Made by a program: the position numbers and the translations under genes. From Bugula neritina (taxonomy: Eukaryota > Animalia > Bryozoa), in contig OZ037771.1 in NCBI GenBank assembly GCA_964035545.1, positions 7,597,190-7,661,189 on the forward strand: DNA of 64,000 bases. Direction: 5' to 3'. Below the pieces are notes generated by a model. The model was not told the DNA's origin, ran no database searches, and saw only the letters and a program-made list of their open reading frames with translations. Positions 13,439-27,800 of the stretch are shown in pieces. Positions within the stretch are counted from its first letter, which is position 1, and each line of letters starts with the position of its first letter.

Positions 13439-13576
13439 CTGTCAGGTAAGGCAAGTAAGTCACAGTCCCCTAGACTTAACTCTGTAAGTGACTCCATCTT
13501 TGGTATCACCTCAGGTAATGTTCCTAACTTATTATAAGACACATCTAATGTGTGTAGATGTGTGAGTTGAGAGAGA
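13439..13576 (-). CDS. LRR cassette exon, copy 1, exon 4 of 5
   Basis: ...LDVSYNKL...LTELSLGDCDLLALPD; 138 nt, phase 2-2. Confidence 0.93.
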
Positions 13577-14372
13577 CTGTAATATACATACAATAAACAA
13601 TGACTATATTTATACAAGTTACAGGACTATTATGTTAAACATACTGTGAGTTTATTCTATACTGTTGCTTTGTAAGTATGGGTTGCCAGTTAATTGTGTT
13701 CAGTAAGGATAGCCAAAAGCGAATAGGCAGTTTCAACATGTGGCAAACATATAGAAAGAGTCCTGGTGGCGCAATGCTGACATCCTGTAGTTTATAATGG
13801 AAAGTAAAAAACATTCAAAAGATGGAAAACCTCCAGGTGTGGTGACGATGAAGAGAAGGGAAAGATCACAGAGAAAGTATACGGAGAGAAGAAAAAACAG
13901 ACGACAAACAAAATTGTAACAGCCAAAAAGAAAGGCATATGGGACAGTCTATGAATACCTACAAGAGATCGAAACAAAGAACCTATACACCTATATACCT
14001 ATAAGAACCTGTATATACCTAGATACAAGTTGGCCAAAACAAGAAAAAGACGATTATTGGATATTAATAGAATGACATTGTGACTATAATTCATCAGAAT
14101 GGTGACAGCATAAATGAGAATGTCGAGACAGATCTTTAGGATAATTTATGAGGAGCACATGGAAAATGATGTGATTAGATAACAGGTTGGGGTGAAATGA
14201 ATGTCTATAAACATGAGGAAAAACGTCTGCAGTGGTATTGCGATGTTTGCAGCAAAGATGGTGATATTAGCTTCAACTCCAATACATAAGAATCAATGGT
14301 ATAATGGATATGAAGAATCTAACAAATTGAAACATACAATATAATCTAACAAGAAATGAGGGTGGTCTAGGC

Positions 14373-16026
14373 CAGTGGCTCCCAACTTTTTTCCTACTAT
14401 TCCCCCATTTAATAAATGTTGACTACCGTATTAATCCCCCCCCCCTTTAGTAAAGCAAAAAAAGTTTCATGACTGACATGATGATAATATAGGATACAAT
14501 ACAATATAGTTTGTTCTATTAAAATATAATTATAATAGTAGTTATATTATCGTTATTATTATGTTATGAATGTATAGAACAAGGAGCAGTTCAATTTATA
14601 ATGATTCTTTTGTGCCAGCTTGCATAAGTCTGCATTGCTGTTTTTGGCCATGCCCATCTTAATTCACTCTGCAGATTAGGGCAGTTTCTCTTCTCTTTGA
14701 ATTAATGAGAATCCTACCTCACTTGGCAAGATGGCGCTGGGTGGCACCAAAATTCTAATTTTTCAGCTATGTGTGGGGAGAGTTTGCTTGTTAAAACCCA
14801 AAATGATTTTAGGTGAAAATGGCACAAATGGAGAAGTAGGTAAGACTGGCACACTGATGGTAAATTTTCCCAAACCCCCACCCCGGCCATCAAAATTGAA
14901 CCCCAAACCAAAACCTCCACCTTGTATTCAAGCCCAAAATCCTCACCTCAAATCCCACCCCCAAACTCCAAACCGCTCACCGCAATATTCAAAATGTGCC
15001 ATTTTTACACACTTTTTAATTTTTGCCATTATTACCTGTGCCTTTTATACCAGACACCACCCACAACACATCAATTAAAGAAGATTTGAAAAGAACCTTC
15101 ATTGCTGAATTGTAAACCAACTCAATGAAATCCTCTTGTAATTCCTCTAGATTTTTTTAACAGAACGTTGCAATAGGTCACATGTCAAGCTAAGAATCTA
15201 GCTCTTTCTTTTTGAGAGGTAGCTCAGAAAAATATTGTTAAAACTCCAATAAAAGTTCAGAGAGATCCGAAGAAGTTTTTTTGAGAAAGAACCTGGAACA
15301 GGTGGTGTTTGGTAAAAGTGGCACAGGTAGCAGTGGCACAGGTAGTAGTGAAACAAATGTAAAATTGGGTAAAAATGGCACATTTTCAATATTAAAGTTG
15401 AAGATTTGGGGTTGGGGGTTCAAGATGGAGGGTTTCGGGTTCAGCATGGGGGTTTGAGAAAATTTAACACCAGTGTGCCAGTTTTACTTAAAATCAAAAC
15501 AGGTTTTTTTCCTAAAATAGTTCATGGAGTGTGGGGAAAGACACCATATCTTTGATAGACGCCACAACTTTAGTGTAACTTTGAAAACATTGATGCTGCA
15601 ATGCAAAGCAATGATAGGATTATTGCACTCCTGTATTTTTAGGTTCAGATTAATTAGTGTAGCAAATATAGTCACTAGGTATGATACTTGTATTATGTAT
15701 GTATGGTAATTTATAGAGATTGGCTTGCTTAAAGTTGGCCTATTGGTTTTTGCAAACTTTTTGACATCCATTCAAAGTAGTTCAGAGAGCAGTCAGGGTA
15801 GAGTAATTAATAAACACATTCATGTTGAAGTGAACTGAGATTGCAGAATATAGTTTGGTTTAATAGATCAACTAGAATGAAGGTTTATAGATATGCATGT
15901 ACATGTAACATGCAAGAGCTCAAAAAAGCCTTCAATAAACTGCGTGAAGTTCTTAAAATCTAAATCCCCCCTGAAAAGCCCAAACTCCCCTCTAGGGGAG
16001 AATTCCTTCCAGGCTGGGAACCACTA
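14373..16026. mobile_element. hAT-type element, same family as 4969-6621, opposite orientation
   Basis: Ends CAGTGGCTCCCA / TGGGAACCACTA; TSD GTCTAGGC/GTCTAGGT; the same insertion is at 36711-38364, so it predates the duplication. Confidence 0.85.
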
Positions 16027-16414
16027 GTCTAGGTGAAAAGGGTGGGAGGTTTGCTTAAGAATAATATCCACTTTATCACTGGAGAATTAGTATGGTGGGA
16101 CTACTATCATCATTTCTGTTTACTCTATTATATATGTACATAGAATTAGAACACAGAGAGAATGTAATATACATACAACCTTGGTGATTAGAGTTTAGAC
16201 CAGAGTAAATATGGGAAGAATGTGCTTTTTAAGAGATTAGATGATTCAGTGTAACAAATTGCTAAATCAAAAACAGTTGTAACAATTTTCTATTTGAGAA
16301 TAATATTCACTTTATTACTAGATAGTTGGTATGCTGAAACTATGAGTATCAGTTCTGTTACACTTTATTATATGTTTACATAATAGTAGACTATATATAA
16401 CTAATATATCTCAC

Positions 16415-16552
16415 CTGTCTGGTAATGTATGTAAGTCACAGGCCTCTAGATATAACTTTGTAAGTGACTCCATCTTTGGTATCACCTCAGGTAATGTTCC
16501 TAACTTATTATGAGACACATCTAATGTGTGTAGATGTGTGAGTTGAGAGAGA
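16415..16552 (-). CDS. LRR cassette exon, copy 1, exon 3 of 5
   Basis: ...LDVSHNKL...LTKLYLEACDLHTLPD; 138 nt. Confidence 0.93.
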
Positions 16553-16798
16553 CTGTAATATACATACAATAAACCATGACTATAATTATACAAGTTACAG
16601 GTATATTATATGGTAGATATGCAGTGAATCTAAACTATTATTGCCTTGTTAGTATGAACTGGGTAAGTTATTTGCATTTAAGAATTATATCCATATTATC
16701 ACTGGATAGATGGTATGCTGAGATTACTAGTATCAGTTTTATTATACTTCATTATATGTTTACATAATAGTAGAACATATATAACTAATATACCTCAC

Positions 16799-16936
16799 CT
16801 GTCTGGTAATGTATGTAAGTCACATTCCCGTAGATGTAACTCTGTAAGTGACTCCATCTTTGGTATCACCTCAGGTAATGTTCCTAACTTATTATGAGAC
16901 ACATCTAATGTGTGTAGATGTGCGAGTTGGGAAAGA
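16799..16936 (-). CDS. LRR cassette exon, copy 1, exon 2 of 5
   Basis: ...LDVSHNKL...LTELHLRECDLHTLPD; 138 nt. Confidence 0.93.
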
Positions 16937-17179
16937 CTGTAATATACATACAATATACCATGACTATAATTATACAAGTTACAGGAATATTATGTCAAAC
17001 ATTTTGTGAGGTTATATAAGGTGAAGAACAAAAACAAGGAATGAGAAAAACACAGCTAACTGCCTGAGACTTGGAACTTTAATAACCCTCCTAGTTGTTC
17101 CAAACTTCAAGCTTCCTGGCCACTGCCAATGGGCCATGCAATTTCCAGGTGATGTAATGCTGTGCAATGGATAGGCAAA

Positions 17180-17900
17180 TAGAGTGATAGGTTAGAAGAA
17201 CAGAGAAAAGAAAATTAAAAGATGGTGGACTAAACCTGAGCAGAACCAAGACCGAGTACATGCTACCAGTGAGAATAGATAACAAGGAGAAGAAAAAATA
17301 CTATAACTGAGATAACTACAGTGATCTGTCTGAGACTAGTGCTTTCAAATGTCTTGCAACTATAATAAATCAGAATGGTGGGTTGTAGCCTTGAAGTAGC
17401 TAGGAGGATTGGAGTGGCTTGAGACAAGTGGAAGGATCTCTCAGAAGTGCTGTGTGATAAGAAGGTATCGATTAAACATACAGTACTTCTGTTTAGAATA
17501 TCCATTCAGTATGGTAATGAAACCTGGTCAGTTACTCATGGGATGGAAGACGGGATGAAGACAGTAGAAATGATACACAATTTTGGGATGACCTACGAGG
17601 AGCACATTGAACATGTGATTAGATAACAGACTGAGGTGAAACGAATATCTACGGACATATGAAGACAACTGCAACAGTATCGACATCTTTGCAAGAAAGA
17701 AGAAGATGATATTAACCTCAATTAGAATGTATAAAAATCAATGGTATATGGAGATATTAAGAATCTGACAAATGGGAACATACTATAAAATATATCAAGA
17801 AGTACTGGAGCCTTAAGCAAGAAGAAGTCCACAGCCGAGTGTGATTGAGCTGGGAGATTGCAGAATGGCTACCTTGCAGGACTATAGTCAGTTAGGTGAG
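17180..17900 (+). mobile_element. Decayed RTE-like LINE fragment in an LRR intron
   Basis: Remnant peptides GLNLSRTKTEYM, WKDLSEVLCDKKV, YGNETW; related degraded sequence at about 14050-14360. Confidence 0.55.
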
Positions 17901-17976
17901 AAAGGCGAAAAGTTGTGTTTAATATTATACTAATCTCTACAGTTTAAGTAAAAGCAGTGAACATGTTATGACTCAC

Positions 17977-18114
17977 CTGTCTGGTAATGTATGTAAGTCA
18001 CAGAACCGTAGATGTAACTCTGTAAGTGACTCCATCTTTGGTATCACCTCATGTAATGTTCCTAACCTACTTAGAGACACATCTAATGTGTGTAGATGTG
18101 TGAGTTGGGAGAGA
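17977..18114 (-). CDS. LRR cassette exon, copy 1, exon 1 of 5
   Basis: ...LDVSLSRLGTLHEV...LTELHLRFCDLHTLPD; 138 nt. Confidence 0.92.
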
Positions 18115-21100
18115 CTGTAATATACATACAATAAACCATGACTATAATTATACAAGTTACAAGAATATTATATTAAACATACTGTGAGTTTTTATTATTT
18201 CTGCTCTGCAAGTATGAATTGTGTCAGTTATTTGTGTTTAAGAATTCAATTTATAACTAGAAAGTTGGTATGCTGGGACTACTAGTATCAGTTTTATTCT
18301 ACTCTATTATATTTTTACATAGAATTAGAACACAGAGAGAATACATACAAAATAAGCAATTAGACCAAAGCATATATGAGAAGAAAGTGCTTCCTAAAAG
18401 ATAAGATGATTTGTTTGTAACAAATTGCTAAATCAAAAGCAGTTGCAATAATTTTCCTGTAAAGATAATATTTAAGATGGGTTTTACTCTGTATGACTCA
18501 GTTTTGCTGCCAAGGCAGCCACCTGAGAATTGCTGATTACAGAAGGAGAGTAAATAACTGGAGATAAAAAAAGTAGATAAATCTCTGTATTTTCAACTCA
18601 CTTAAACTTGACTGTGGTGCAAGTAAATTGTGATGCAGTATAAAACTGGTCATATGTGTGATAGTAGCTGTAAGGCAGGCAATAACAGGTAGGCCTAAAT
18701 AATGAAAAGTCCAACAACTACTTTGAGATAATAAGAATAAAGTATTCACAACCCTGGACTAAGTATAAAGTGATTATAAAAGCTGGAGATACAATTGAGA
18801 TAATGCTGATAGGTAGGAAGGGAGATCTTATTTCAGAGTGACTCTAGATTATGACTCATCTGTATATATAAACTATAGCTGTGTTCTGAACATATTAAAT
18901 ATAGTTGATTGTTTTACTCCATATTTCACTACATCTAAAAATATAGAAATTCTTCCCATGATTTTAGCAACTCAAACAACTTCTAAAGCACGGATAATAC
19001 ACTAGAAGGAACGAAGACAAAACTAATAGCAGTGAATACTTTGAAGAATATGAAACAAACTTAAGGCTACCAGCTCTGCAAGTAATATTATATTTGATTT
19101 GTGATTTCCTTAATGAATATTTAGCTATCCATTTCTCTACTGGCAGAATAAATATTAAAAGTTATCCCCACATGCAGGTAATCAGCTATAATGTGTGAGT
19201 CACCAGAAGTCATTGTTGACCTCTTCCCCAGCAGCCTCAGCTCAAACTAATATAATTCTATTCAAGTACAATAATGGAAAAAATTCTATACTTTTCAAAT
19301 TCGATTATTTATTGGGGGTTTGGTTGAACATAATTTAGTTTGCACTTTTTCTCATCAAGCACACAGACTTTTCCAAAATTCCTCTCTTACTGCACCCACT
19401 TTTACAATTCAAGGAAAACAGAATGACTACTCAGGTGCAGTAGAGATATGAAGGAATATTGCTGACATGCCATACAAGTATAACTCACCAAACACTTCAG
19501 CATTTCGGTAAATAGTCAATGAGTTACAACTGAAATACTGACAGCTAAATACACAACTCAAGTATATATAATTATCCAAAGAGAAGTCATGCTCTAGAGG
19601 ATAGAGATATTGTGACCTTAAACATGTTGATAACAAAGTGATGATAGACTTACTATTCTAAACTGTTGATACTGGTTAGGTGTTGAATACACAAGGTAGT
19701 TACAAGTGGAGCAAACTCTGTAACAGCAGGTGGGAGATCTCCCTCTATGCTTAGGTCAGTGATCACATGACCTGAACAGAGCTTCTTTATTTCCTCCTTT
19801 GTATAGAGTTTTGCAGATTGGTGGAACAACTCTTCTTTGTTAATAGGATCCATACCAGAGTGCCTCCAGCAACACCTGTATTTCTCTGCTAATAACAAAT
19901 GATCTAGTTTTTAGTATATACGTACCCAATTATAGAGTAAATATAATATCACCTGGTTTATAGTACATTTATCTATGTTAAAATTCTAGTAGTATAAAAT
20001 ACATCATTTTACTGTTGAATTACTTATATAATAATTAAAAATATAATCCAGCAGTAAATATATTCCTATATTCAAAGAGACAAACATACTAATAGTTGAG
20101 TCATCAACATGAAGATTGATAGGAATAAAACTGAGAATTTCTTCAACTTTTTATATCAGGTAGACTGAAAACAAATGAGAAACTTATCTGATAGACAATG
20201 CTGATGTTTCTATTTAAGATTTCACATACAACATGTTGATAAGAAAGTACTAGCAAGTATAAGAAATGGCAAGAATTAGAAATAAACCTGTTTTTAATGT
20301 CATCCAAAAATTTATCAACAGCTTCATTAAGCTACATGCAGATAAAAGTCACAGAAAATGTACAGAAACACCAAAGTATAAATATAGTTCAGAGAAGAAA
20401 CTTAAAGGGGGATAACAAAGTCTTTATTTTTAACTTTCAAGCTGGAAGATTCAATTGAAACCTATTCAGGTATATTTAAAGAATACTGTATTCAGGTGTG
20501 TATTTTACCATTCTCCAGACTAACTAATATTGTATACGGACCTGTTTGTGAAGTTGCTGCTGTTACATCATCCTCAGAACTGGTTACAGAGTTGGTAGCC
20601 ATGTTGTTTCTAGTATCAGATACTACAATGTAATACTAATGTATGTAATATGAATAGAGTATGAGATAGTATACAATGTATGTATATTGAGTGAAAAGGT
20701 GTGTGGAGGAAGTGGAATAATAAACAGTAGAGAGATAGCCAAGTAAAACACAGGTAAGGTGAACCAAGGAACATATTCATTTATAGCATTTTCATTTATT
20801 TATAATTTTCAATATAAATTGCATTAGCATTTTCAGCCATTGATAATTTATAGCATTTGATAATTTGTGACATACAGTTTTAATCAACAAGTTTGACAGT
20901 AGGTTGGCTTATATGTTTGAGACAAGATTATTGAATATTGCATAAGAGTTGGTTTAGGACAAGAGGAAATATCTAGTTTGACAACTTAGTATATTTCATT
21001 TCATTGTTTAACAGGTACTAACTACTAGAACAAAGATTGATTTATTAATGATAATGGAAACTGTGAGGACAAGCATCAATAGTATTCTAATAGTAATTTC

Positions 21101-22248
21101 CTATGCTCATCTTTTACTTATGTTCACCAGAATTACCAACTTGTAGACTATTTCATTGTGTTTCATGTTTATTAACTATACAATCATCTAACTGTTGTGG
21201 AGGTATAGACTTGTCATTAGCATGAAAAATATTTTAATGTTTCTAAGACCTCTGTATTTTGGGCATAAATACTGCAGTAATTACTCATGATCTGATAATA
21301 AGTCTACTCTAGTTTGAACATAGACTTTCACTTTAGGAATAAACTATTTTGTCTTTTTGTAAACTACTTCTTGGATATTCATTATTGAATAAAAGTTTGT
21401 TATTGGTAACACTGGTGAACAATTCTAAACAGAATATAGTGGTTATTATCTTATGTGTTGAGAATTTCTGTTACTGTCTCTGCTACAGCAGATGTCATAC
21501 AAATAAACAAATTATGACCTCACAGTCACACCCATAGCTCTGTGAGCCAACCACTATAAATTATTGTTTTTATTACCAGTAATCATAATACGAATCTTTG
21601 TGACAACTATAGCTCTGCTAAACAGATACCAAAAACTAGAAACACATATTTTATTATTGGATCAGATCTCAATCCATATTTCAAACTTTACTATATAATT
21701 CAAGTATAACATATTAAATGCTACAACTCTTCCTTGACAAGTGTTGGAGGTGTGTTTTGGCCAGGCCAAGTAAATCCTAACAATAAACCGATCCCAAGGC
21801 AAATTTAAAAGCTACATAGTAACATCATTATGTGAGCTGAATAAATAATTTAAAACCACCCTACGCTGTTGGAATGCCTATACTTTAAAATTAAGCCATA
21901 TCAACTTCAAGCCTACCCGCTGACCTTGGTGATAGTGTTAACGGTCAGCACACCCATAACTAACGTCATTATTGTAATATTCATAGCGAATATAATTGAA
22001 AACGAGTCATACTCATAGTGAATGTCAAACTAGATGACACTTCGATCATCAATCAATCATCAAATTTAATGTCAATCGAAATAAATCAATAATATAATTA
22101 TTAATTATAACTATCAACATCAATACGAATATTTTCATATTCTTCTTCATATTCAATATTCCTATTAACTATTAGCTTATTTATATTTATACTCATATTG
22201 ATATTCACTATCATATTCATATTCGATTTGACATTGCATCTCAGACTC

Positions 22249-22490
22249 AAAGTGAAACTGAAACAGTGAAAGTCTTCGAGATGAAATTACAATGCATGAC
22301 ACTTACATGTGGTGCAACTTGACAAACTCTGTTAGTTCTTCAGTTTTGTACTAAAATTTTGGTTTGAATTGTGGTTAGTATAGCGGTGAGACAGCTGAAT
22401 TAGTTTCGTCATCCAGAATGCGAGCTTATCTTCTTTTTGCTTCGTTTCAAGGACTGCCGGAAAACGCCTACTACTGCAACCGGAAACACG
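22249..22490 (-). promoter_or_regulatory. Putative promoter / 5' UTR exon of gene copy 1
   Basis: ISRE-like 22249-22273; GTAAGT donor 22301-22306 (minus); CCGGAA at 22457 and 22480; about 1.7 kb upstream of the ATG at 20602. Confidence 0.45.
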
Positions 22491-24894
22491 TTAACGATGG
22501 GCTAAATGGTTTTAGTGACAAATGTAGTCTTTTTAAAAGTTGGAAGGCGTTGACGGGCTCTCTAATATTTAGATAGAAGGACTTTTTTAAGAACTGAGCC
22601 TATATAATCAAAACGCTGATTCTGACGACAAGAAAACATTTTGTATATGCAACAGCAACAACACTAGTGTTACCTATTTTCAAGAGAATAGTGCACTTGT
22701 TATAATGTTTTGAATGACATTATTGGTGTTGTTTTGCAATATTGACTAGGCCTATATAGTGTTATGAAATTGTGCTTCACTTATTTGTGGGTAATTATGA
22801 TTGAAGTAATGCTGCCGATTTAGAGTAAGAATAATTTTATCTATACGTAAGATACAAGATTTACCAACTACATAAAAACATACCGAGATTACATAACTGC
22901 ACAAGACTGTTTACACGGCTTAACTATCCTGCTACTACTAGCCAACTGCGCCCTCCTCAAGCGTACAGCTCCTTACTAGCCATCCACCCGTAGGTTATAA
23001 GATCACTCGCTTCGCTGATTGGCTGCTGCAAGTGTCAGTTCAATATGGAGTTGTCCTTTCGATATAATTGGGAGCACAATATTCACAATGGTTGGGTTTA
23101 AACAGATATTAAATTAATAAATGTAATATGTAATATGTTTGCTAGCCCATGATTACCATACATTACTTTTGCCTCCTACAGATGATATATTGGCTACAAA
23201 TAAAGAATTTTTGGTTACTACTTCCTAGTAAGCAAATAATTCTAACAGCAGACATCATCAATCCTGAGTCAGAATTTCTGCACTAGGAATATTTCAGTAC
23301 ATGAGAGGATTATAGCTATAATACTATATAGTCGACCAGCACACAGCCAGTCACTGTGTAGGGTTGACTATCACATTTTCACAACTTTAGTTATGAATAT
23401 CACTTACTCCTTTGAGTTTCACAAGAAATAATTTTGTATTGTAAATGTAAAGTATAATATTCTTTCATTTGGATAAATATATGTCTGGTATTATGTAGAT
23501 GTTATTGAAATATTTTTATTAAAGGTATATTTTAATTACCAGCTCAAAGCTGCAACTGCATAGCCAATTACAGCTGTATTTCGCTAAAAATTACAAAAAA
23601 AAAATAAAAATTTATGAACACCCTGCTGGTCAAGGCAGGCGGTACAATACTACACCACTATACTACTACCACGAGGCTTGAGGCTTTATAATGACTGCGT
23701 ATCAATTCCAGGGCTATTCGTGTCCCTTTTGCAGGTGACCTTGAAACACAATCTGAGATGACCCCAGCGATCTGGAGCTTTCCGCAAGTTTCCCATAAAG
23801 CAGATTTATAGGAATACGGCCATCTTGCATTCTGCACACATGTCGAAGCTAATGAAGACACCGCTGGCCCAGAAAGAATGAAGATTGTCGGCATCCAAGG
23901 ACATTGCAAACTGTCAGTACTGGGAATTTTGTCGTGTCATTTGAGATGGCTAAATAAAAACTGTTTAGTATATTCTTCAGAGTGGCACAGGATGTCCAGG
24001 TTACACTGGAGTAGAGTAGTGTGGACAATATACATGCTTTGTAAACATGCATCTTGGTGTTTGCTGACAGACTGCTGTTTGTCCACACACTCTCTTATGT
24101 AACTTGTATATTACTGCAGAAAGTGTGGCAATCATTGAGTTGATTTCAGGCTGAATGGAGAGGGTTACACTGGTGGTAGACCCTGGATACTGAACTCTGT
24201 CAACTGAGCTCAGCTCCTGACTTCCTATGCAGATACTTCAAGTGTAGTATGTTTATAAAATTATACTCTAGTTCTATTAATTATTCTGAAACATGTTGAA
24301 ATACTGCTGAGTTCCTAGAAGGTGAATTACCAAAGAGCTTATAAATAAAATTTAAAGAACTTTTAAACAAAATAATTTCAAAACTATACAAGCTAGTAGC
24401 AAGTTCCCTGTCCCAAATATTTATTTATTGGTGTTTTCTTTGCTTTGCTTAGTGCCAGAAGATTTGTAAACTTGCCTTATAAATGCAAAAAAGAATCAAT
24501 TATAAAATGCAGTATATTTATTGTGTAAATATATTTCATAGTAAACATGAGTAAATAATGTCAGCAAACATATAGTAATAGTGTATACATACAAAGTCAC
24601 ATATAACTAGACTAAGTGCATGAGCTATATGCAGAGCATATATACATGATATAGCAAAAGTATAAAATTATAAGTAGAAGTGAATACTTATATTCAAAGT
24701 GCGCAGGTAAAGTATATCACATAGCAGTATATAGAGTGTCACATGTATAGAGCATGTAGTGAAATATAATACCACATGCAAGGTTTAGATACTGTAGTCA
24801 GTATATACATAATATCTGTATGAAATGTGTATATATGATATAAATAGCGTAGTACCATACTCTACATGTCAACACAGGGATGTGGGAGCTCAGT

Positions 24895-27800
24895 CTACCA
24901 CTCTCCATAGAATAAAGGAAACAAGTAAATCTTCCTTCTACCAGTGAGAGTTTTTGTAATCACAGGAGTCTGTGTTACAGTACCTTCTGAGTCGGATCTG
25001 TTACCTGATATTTTCCTCACTCTTTCTTGTACCTTTAAATATTTCATATTCAGGTAAACATTGGTCAGTATTACTGACACTACAGCAAGAGTTAGAATGT
25101 ATTGCATCTGTAAATTCATCTACTAGTAAAAACTGTATTTGTGAATAGCAAAATTATATATACAAATAGTAAATTTATATAAAATTCAATTATATTGATA
25201 TTGAATAAAGTGGAGACTACATAACTAACACCATAATATACTGTGATGGTATTACTATACGACAGTATCTCATGACTATAACATAGTATGATTATAGTAT
25301 ATTGTAAAATATTTGTGAAGGAAAAATTCCATTTGCGTGAGAATGACTATATTATACTATGGCTATATATTACTATGACTATACTATACTATGACTATAT
25401 TATACTATGACTATATCATACTATGACTATATTATACTATGACTACACTTTACTATGACTATATTATACTATGACTATATTATACTATGACTATATTATG
25501 ACTATATTATACTATGACTATACTATGACTATATTATACTATGACTATACTATGACTATATTATACTATGACTATATTATACTATGACTATACTATACTA
25601 TGACTATATTATACTATGGCTATACTATGACTATATTATGCTATGACTACACTTTACTATGACTATACTATACTATGACTATATATTACTATGACTATAT
25701 TATACTACGACTATACTATACTATGACTATATTATACTATGACTATACTATACTATGACTATACTATACTATGACTATACTATACTATGACTATATTATA
25801 CTATGGCTATACTATGACTATATTACACTATGACTATACTATACTATGACTATACTATACTATGACTATATTACACTATGGCTATACCATGACTATACTA
25901 TACTATACTATGACTATATTATACTATGACTATATTACACCATGACTATACTATACTATGACTATATTATACTATGACTATACTATACTATGACTATATT
26001 ATACTATGACTATATTATACTATGACTATATTATACTATGACTAAACTATACTATGACTATATTATACTATGACTATACTATACTATGACTACATTATAC
26101 TATGACTATATTATACTATACTATGACTATATTATACTATGATTATACTATACTATGACTATATGACACTATGAAAAAACTCACGCAATTTTATAGTCGC
26201 TATCCCTGTGAGAAAACCCCTGATGGAAGGGGTTTTTGTTACAGCGGGCTAAGGACTTATTTAAATGAGGCACAGAAGCAATTATGACTATACTATACTA
26301 TTACATGACTATACTATACTATGACTATACTATACTATGACTATATTATACTACGACTATACTATACTATGACTATATTATACTATACTATGACTATATT
26401 ATACTATGACTATATTATACTATGACTATACTATGACTATATTATACTATGACTATATTATCCTATGACTATATTATACTATGACTATACTATGACTAGC
26501 CACTACAACTATACTATTATGACTACACCACACCAACTAATACGAAAACAGCCTCTTCTAAATAGGAAATGATGTCACAGGAAGTTACTCACAATATCAA
26601 ATAAGTCAGCAAGATCACGATGACAGCCATGTCTGTGTAAAGTCCTGACAAGTGTTCTTATCAATAATGACCCACCATCATGGAATCTCATGGAAGCACT
26701 GTCTGTTAAAATAATACAATGAGTTAAATAGTAAATATTATACAATGTATAGTAACAGTAAGTGACACTTTGCAGTAAAAACTAGTGAGAAATGCAAATT
26801 GAAAATTTGAAAACTGCGTTATTTCAGCAACGAAAGGTATATCTTGAGAAAGTCACATGGCTGGTGGGTTTCACAACTACTGGATGGTGATTGGGAGTTG
26901 TGGCCTATGATTTAGGTGAATAGGGATTAACCACACAGAATTTTTTGTAACTTAATCATCTCATTTTAAATAAAAAAACATTCAGCTAGAGAAAATACTT
27001 AGCCGAGTATTTTTAGGCAGCAGAGTATAAACTGTACAGACTAGTGTATCACAGATTAAATGAAAACTAGATAACTGTAACTCGCACACAAATAGTCTAT
27101 GTACTCAGTTCAGGTTTATGAAAGGTCATGTGATTAGACAGCACAGCACAGCTGCTAATTGCAATATTATTCTATTTGTTACTAATTTTCAATTGAATAA
27201 TGGATTTGCGGTTTGAAAATTTTGGAAGATAATACCCTGAGCAAATTTTCTTAATAAAATTATCCCATTCCTAAGAATGATGCCAGAAATACTGGCTTCT
27301 ATCAGTGGACTAAATTCTCACTTTCAAAGCAGGAGTGAAGGATTAGAAGGTCGTCAACATCAAAGTTCCTCTGTCCAGTTGAAGTCTCAGCTTCCTGTTG
27401 ATGAGTTCTGAGAGCAGAAAGTTCTGGTGAGGAGGAGTTGGTACTCTGTTGAATATTCTGTTCAGTTTGACTGACTGAGTTACCTGATTGATTAGTAACA
27501 CATGTGATATACCAACCAGTATTCTATGTATATGTATGAAGACTAGAGTATCATATAATACAGTATTACAATAGTATAATATATTCTTACTCGTATCATA
27601 TCTACACTCACCAACTCTGCACGCCTGAATAACCACAACTTTAGGCTTGCCGGCCATGTTCGGAAAATTTGTAGAGTTAATGAGACTGTAGATCTGTGTT
27701 AGAGAGACTGGCTGTGAGTCAACTCCATGAATCATTCCATTAGCTCCGTGTGCAAACAGAAACAGGAAGAACATACCATAAGTGTTATGAATCTCATCTC

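Larger units (their letters stand above)
3429..20602 (-). pseudogene. LRR-Roc-COR-caspase gene copy 1 (5 LRR cassettes; premature TAA at 10984-10986)
   Basis: Exons in 5'->3' order: 20542-20602 (or 20509-20602), 19654-19885, 17977-18114, 16799-16936, 16415-16552, 13439-13576, 13062-13199, 9360-11281, 9191-9259, 8859-9031, 7932-8099, 7178-7397, 6888-7049, 4522-4631, 3429-3566. All are GT-AG and phase-compatible. The only lesion seen is TAA where copy 2 has AAA (31703-31705). Confidence 0.8.
1..21629. repeat. Tandem segmental unit 1 (about 21.6 kb)
   Basis: The sequence at position 1 (caaaaactagaaacac..ttggatcagatctcaatccat) recurs at 21630 and 57422, followed by colinear, highly similar sequence. 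Confidence 0.95.

Noticed and set aside
20288-20331. Possible extra small coding exon (LNEAVDKFLDDIKN)
   Set aside because: The copy 2 counterpart is 1 nt shorter, and exon 1 already joins exon 2 in phase without it.
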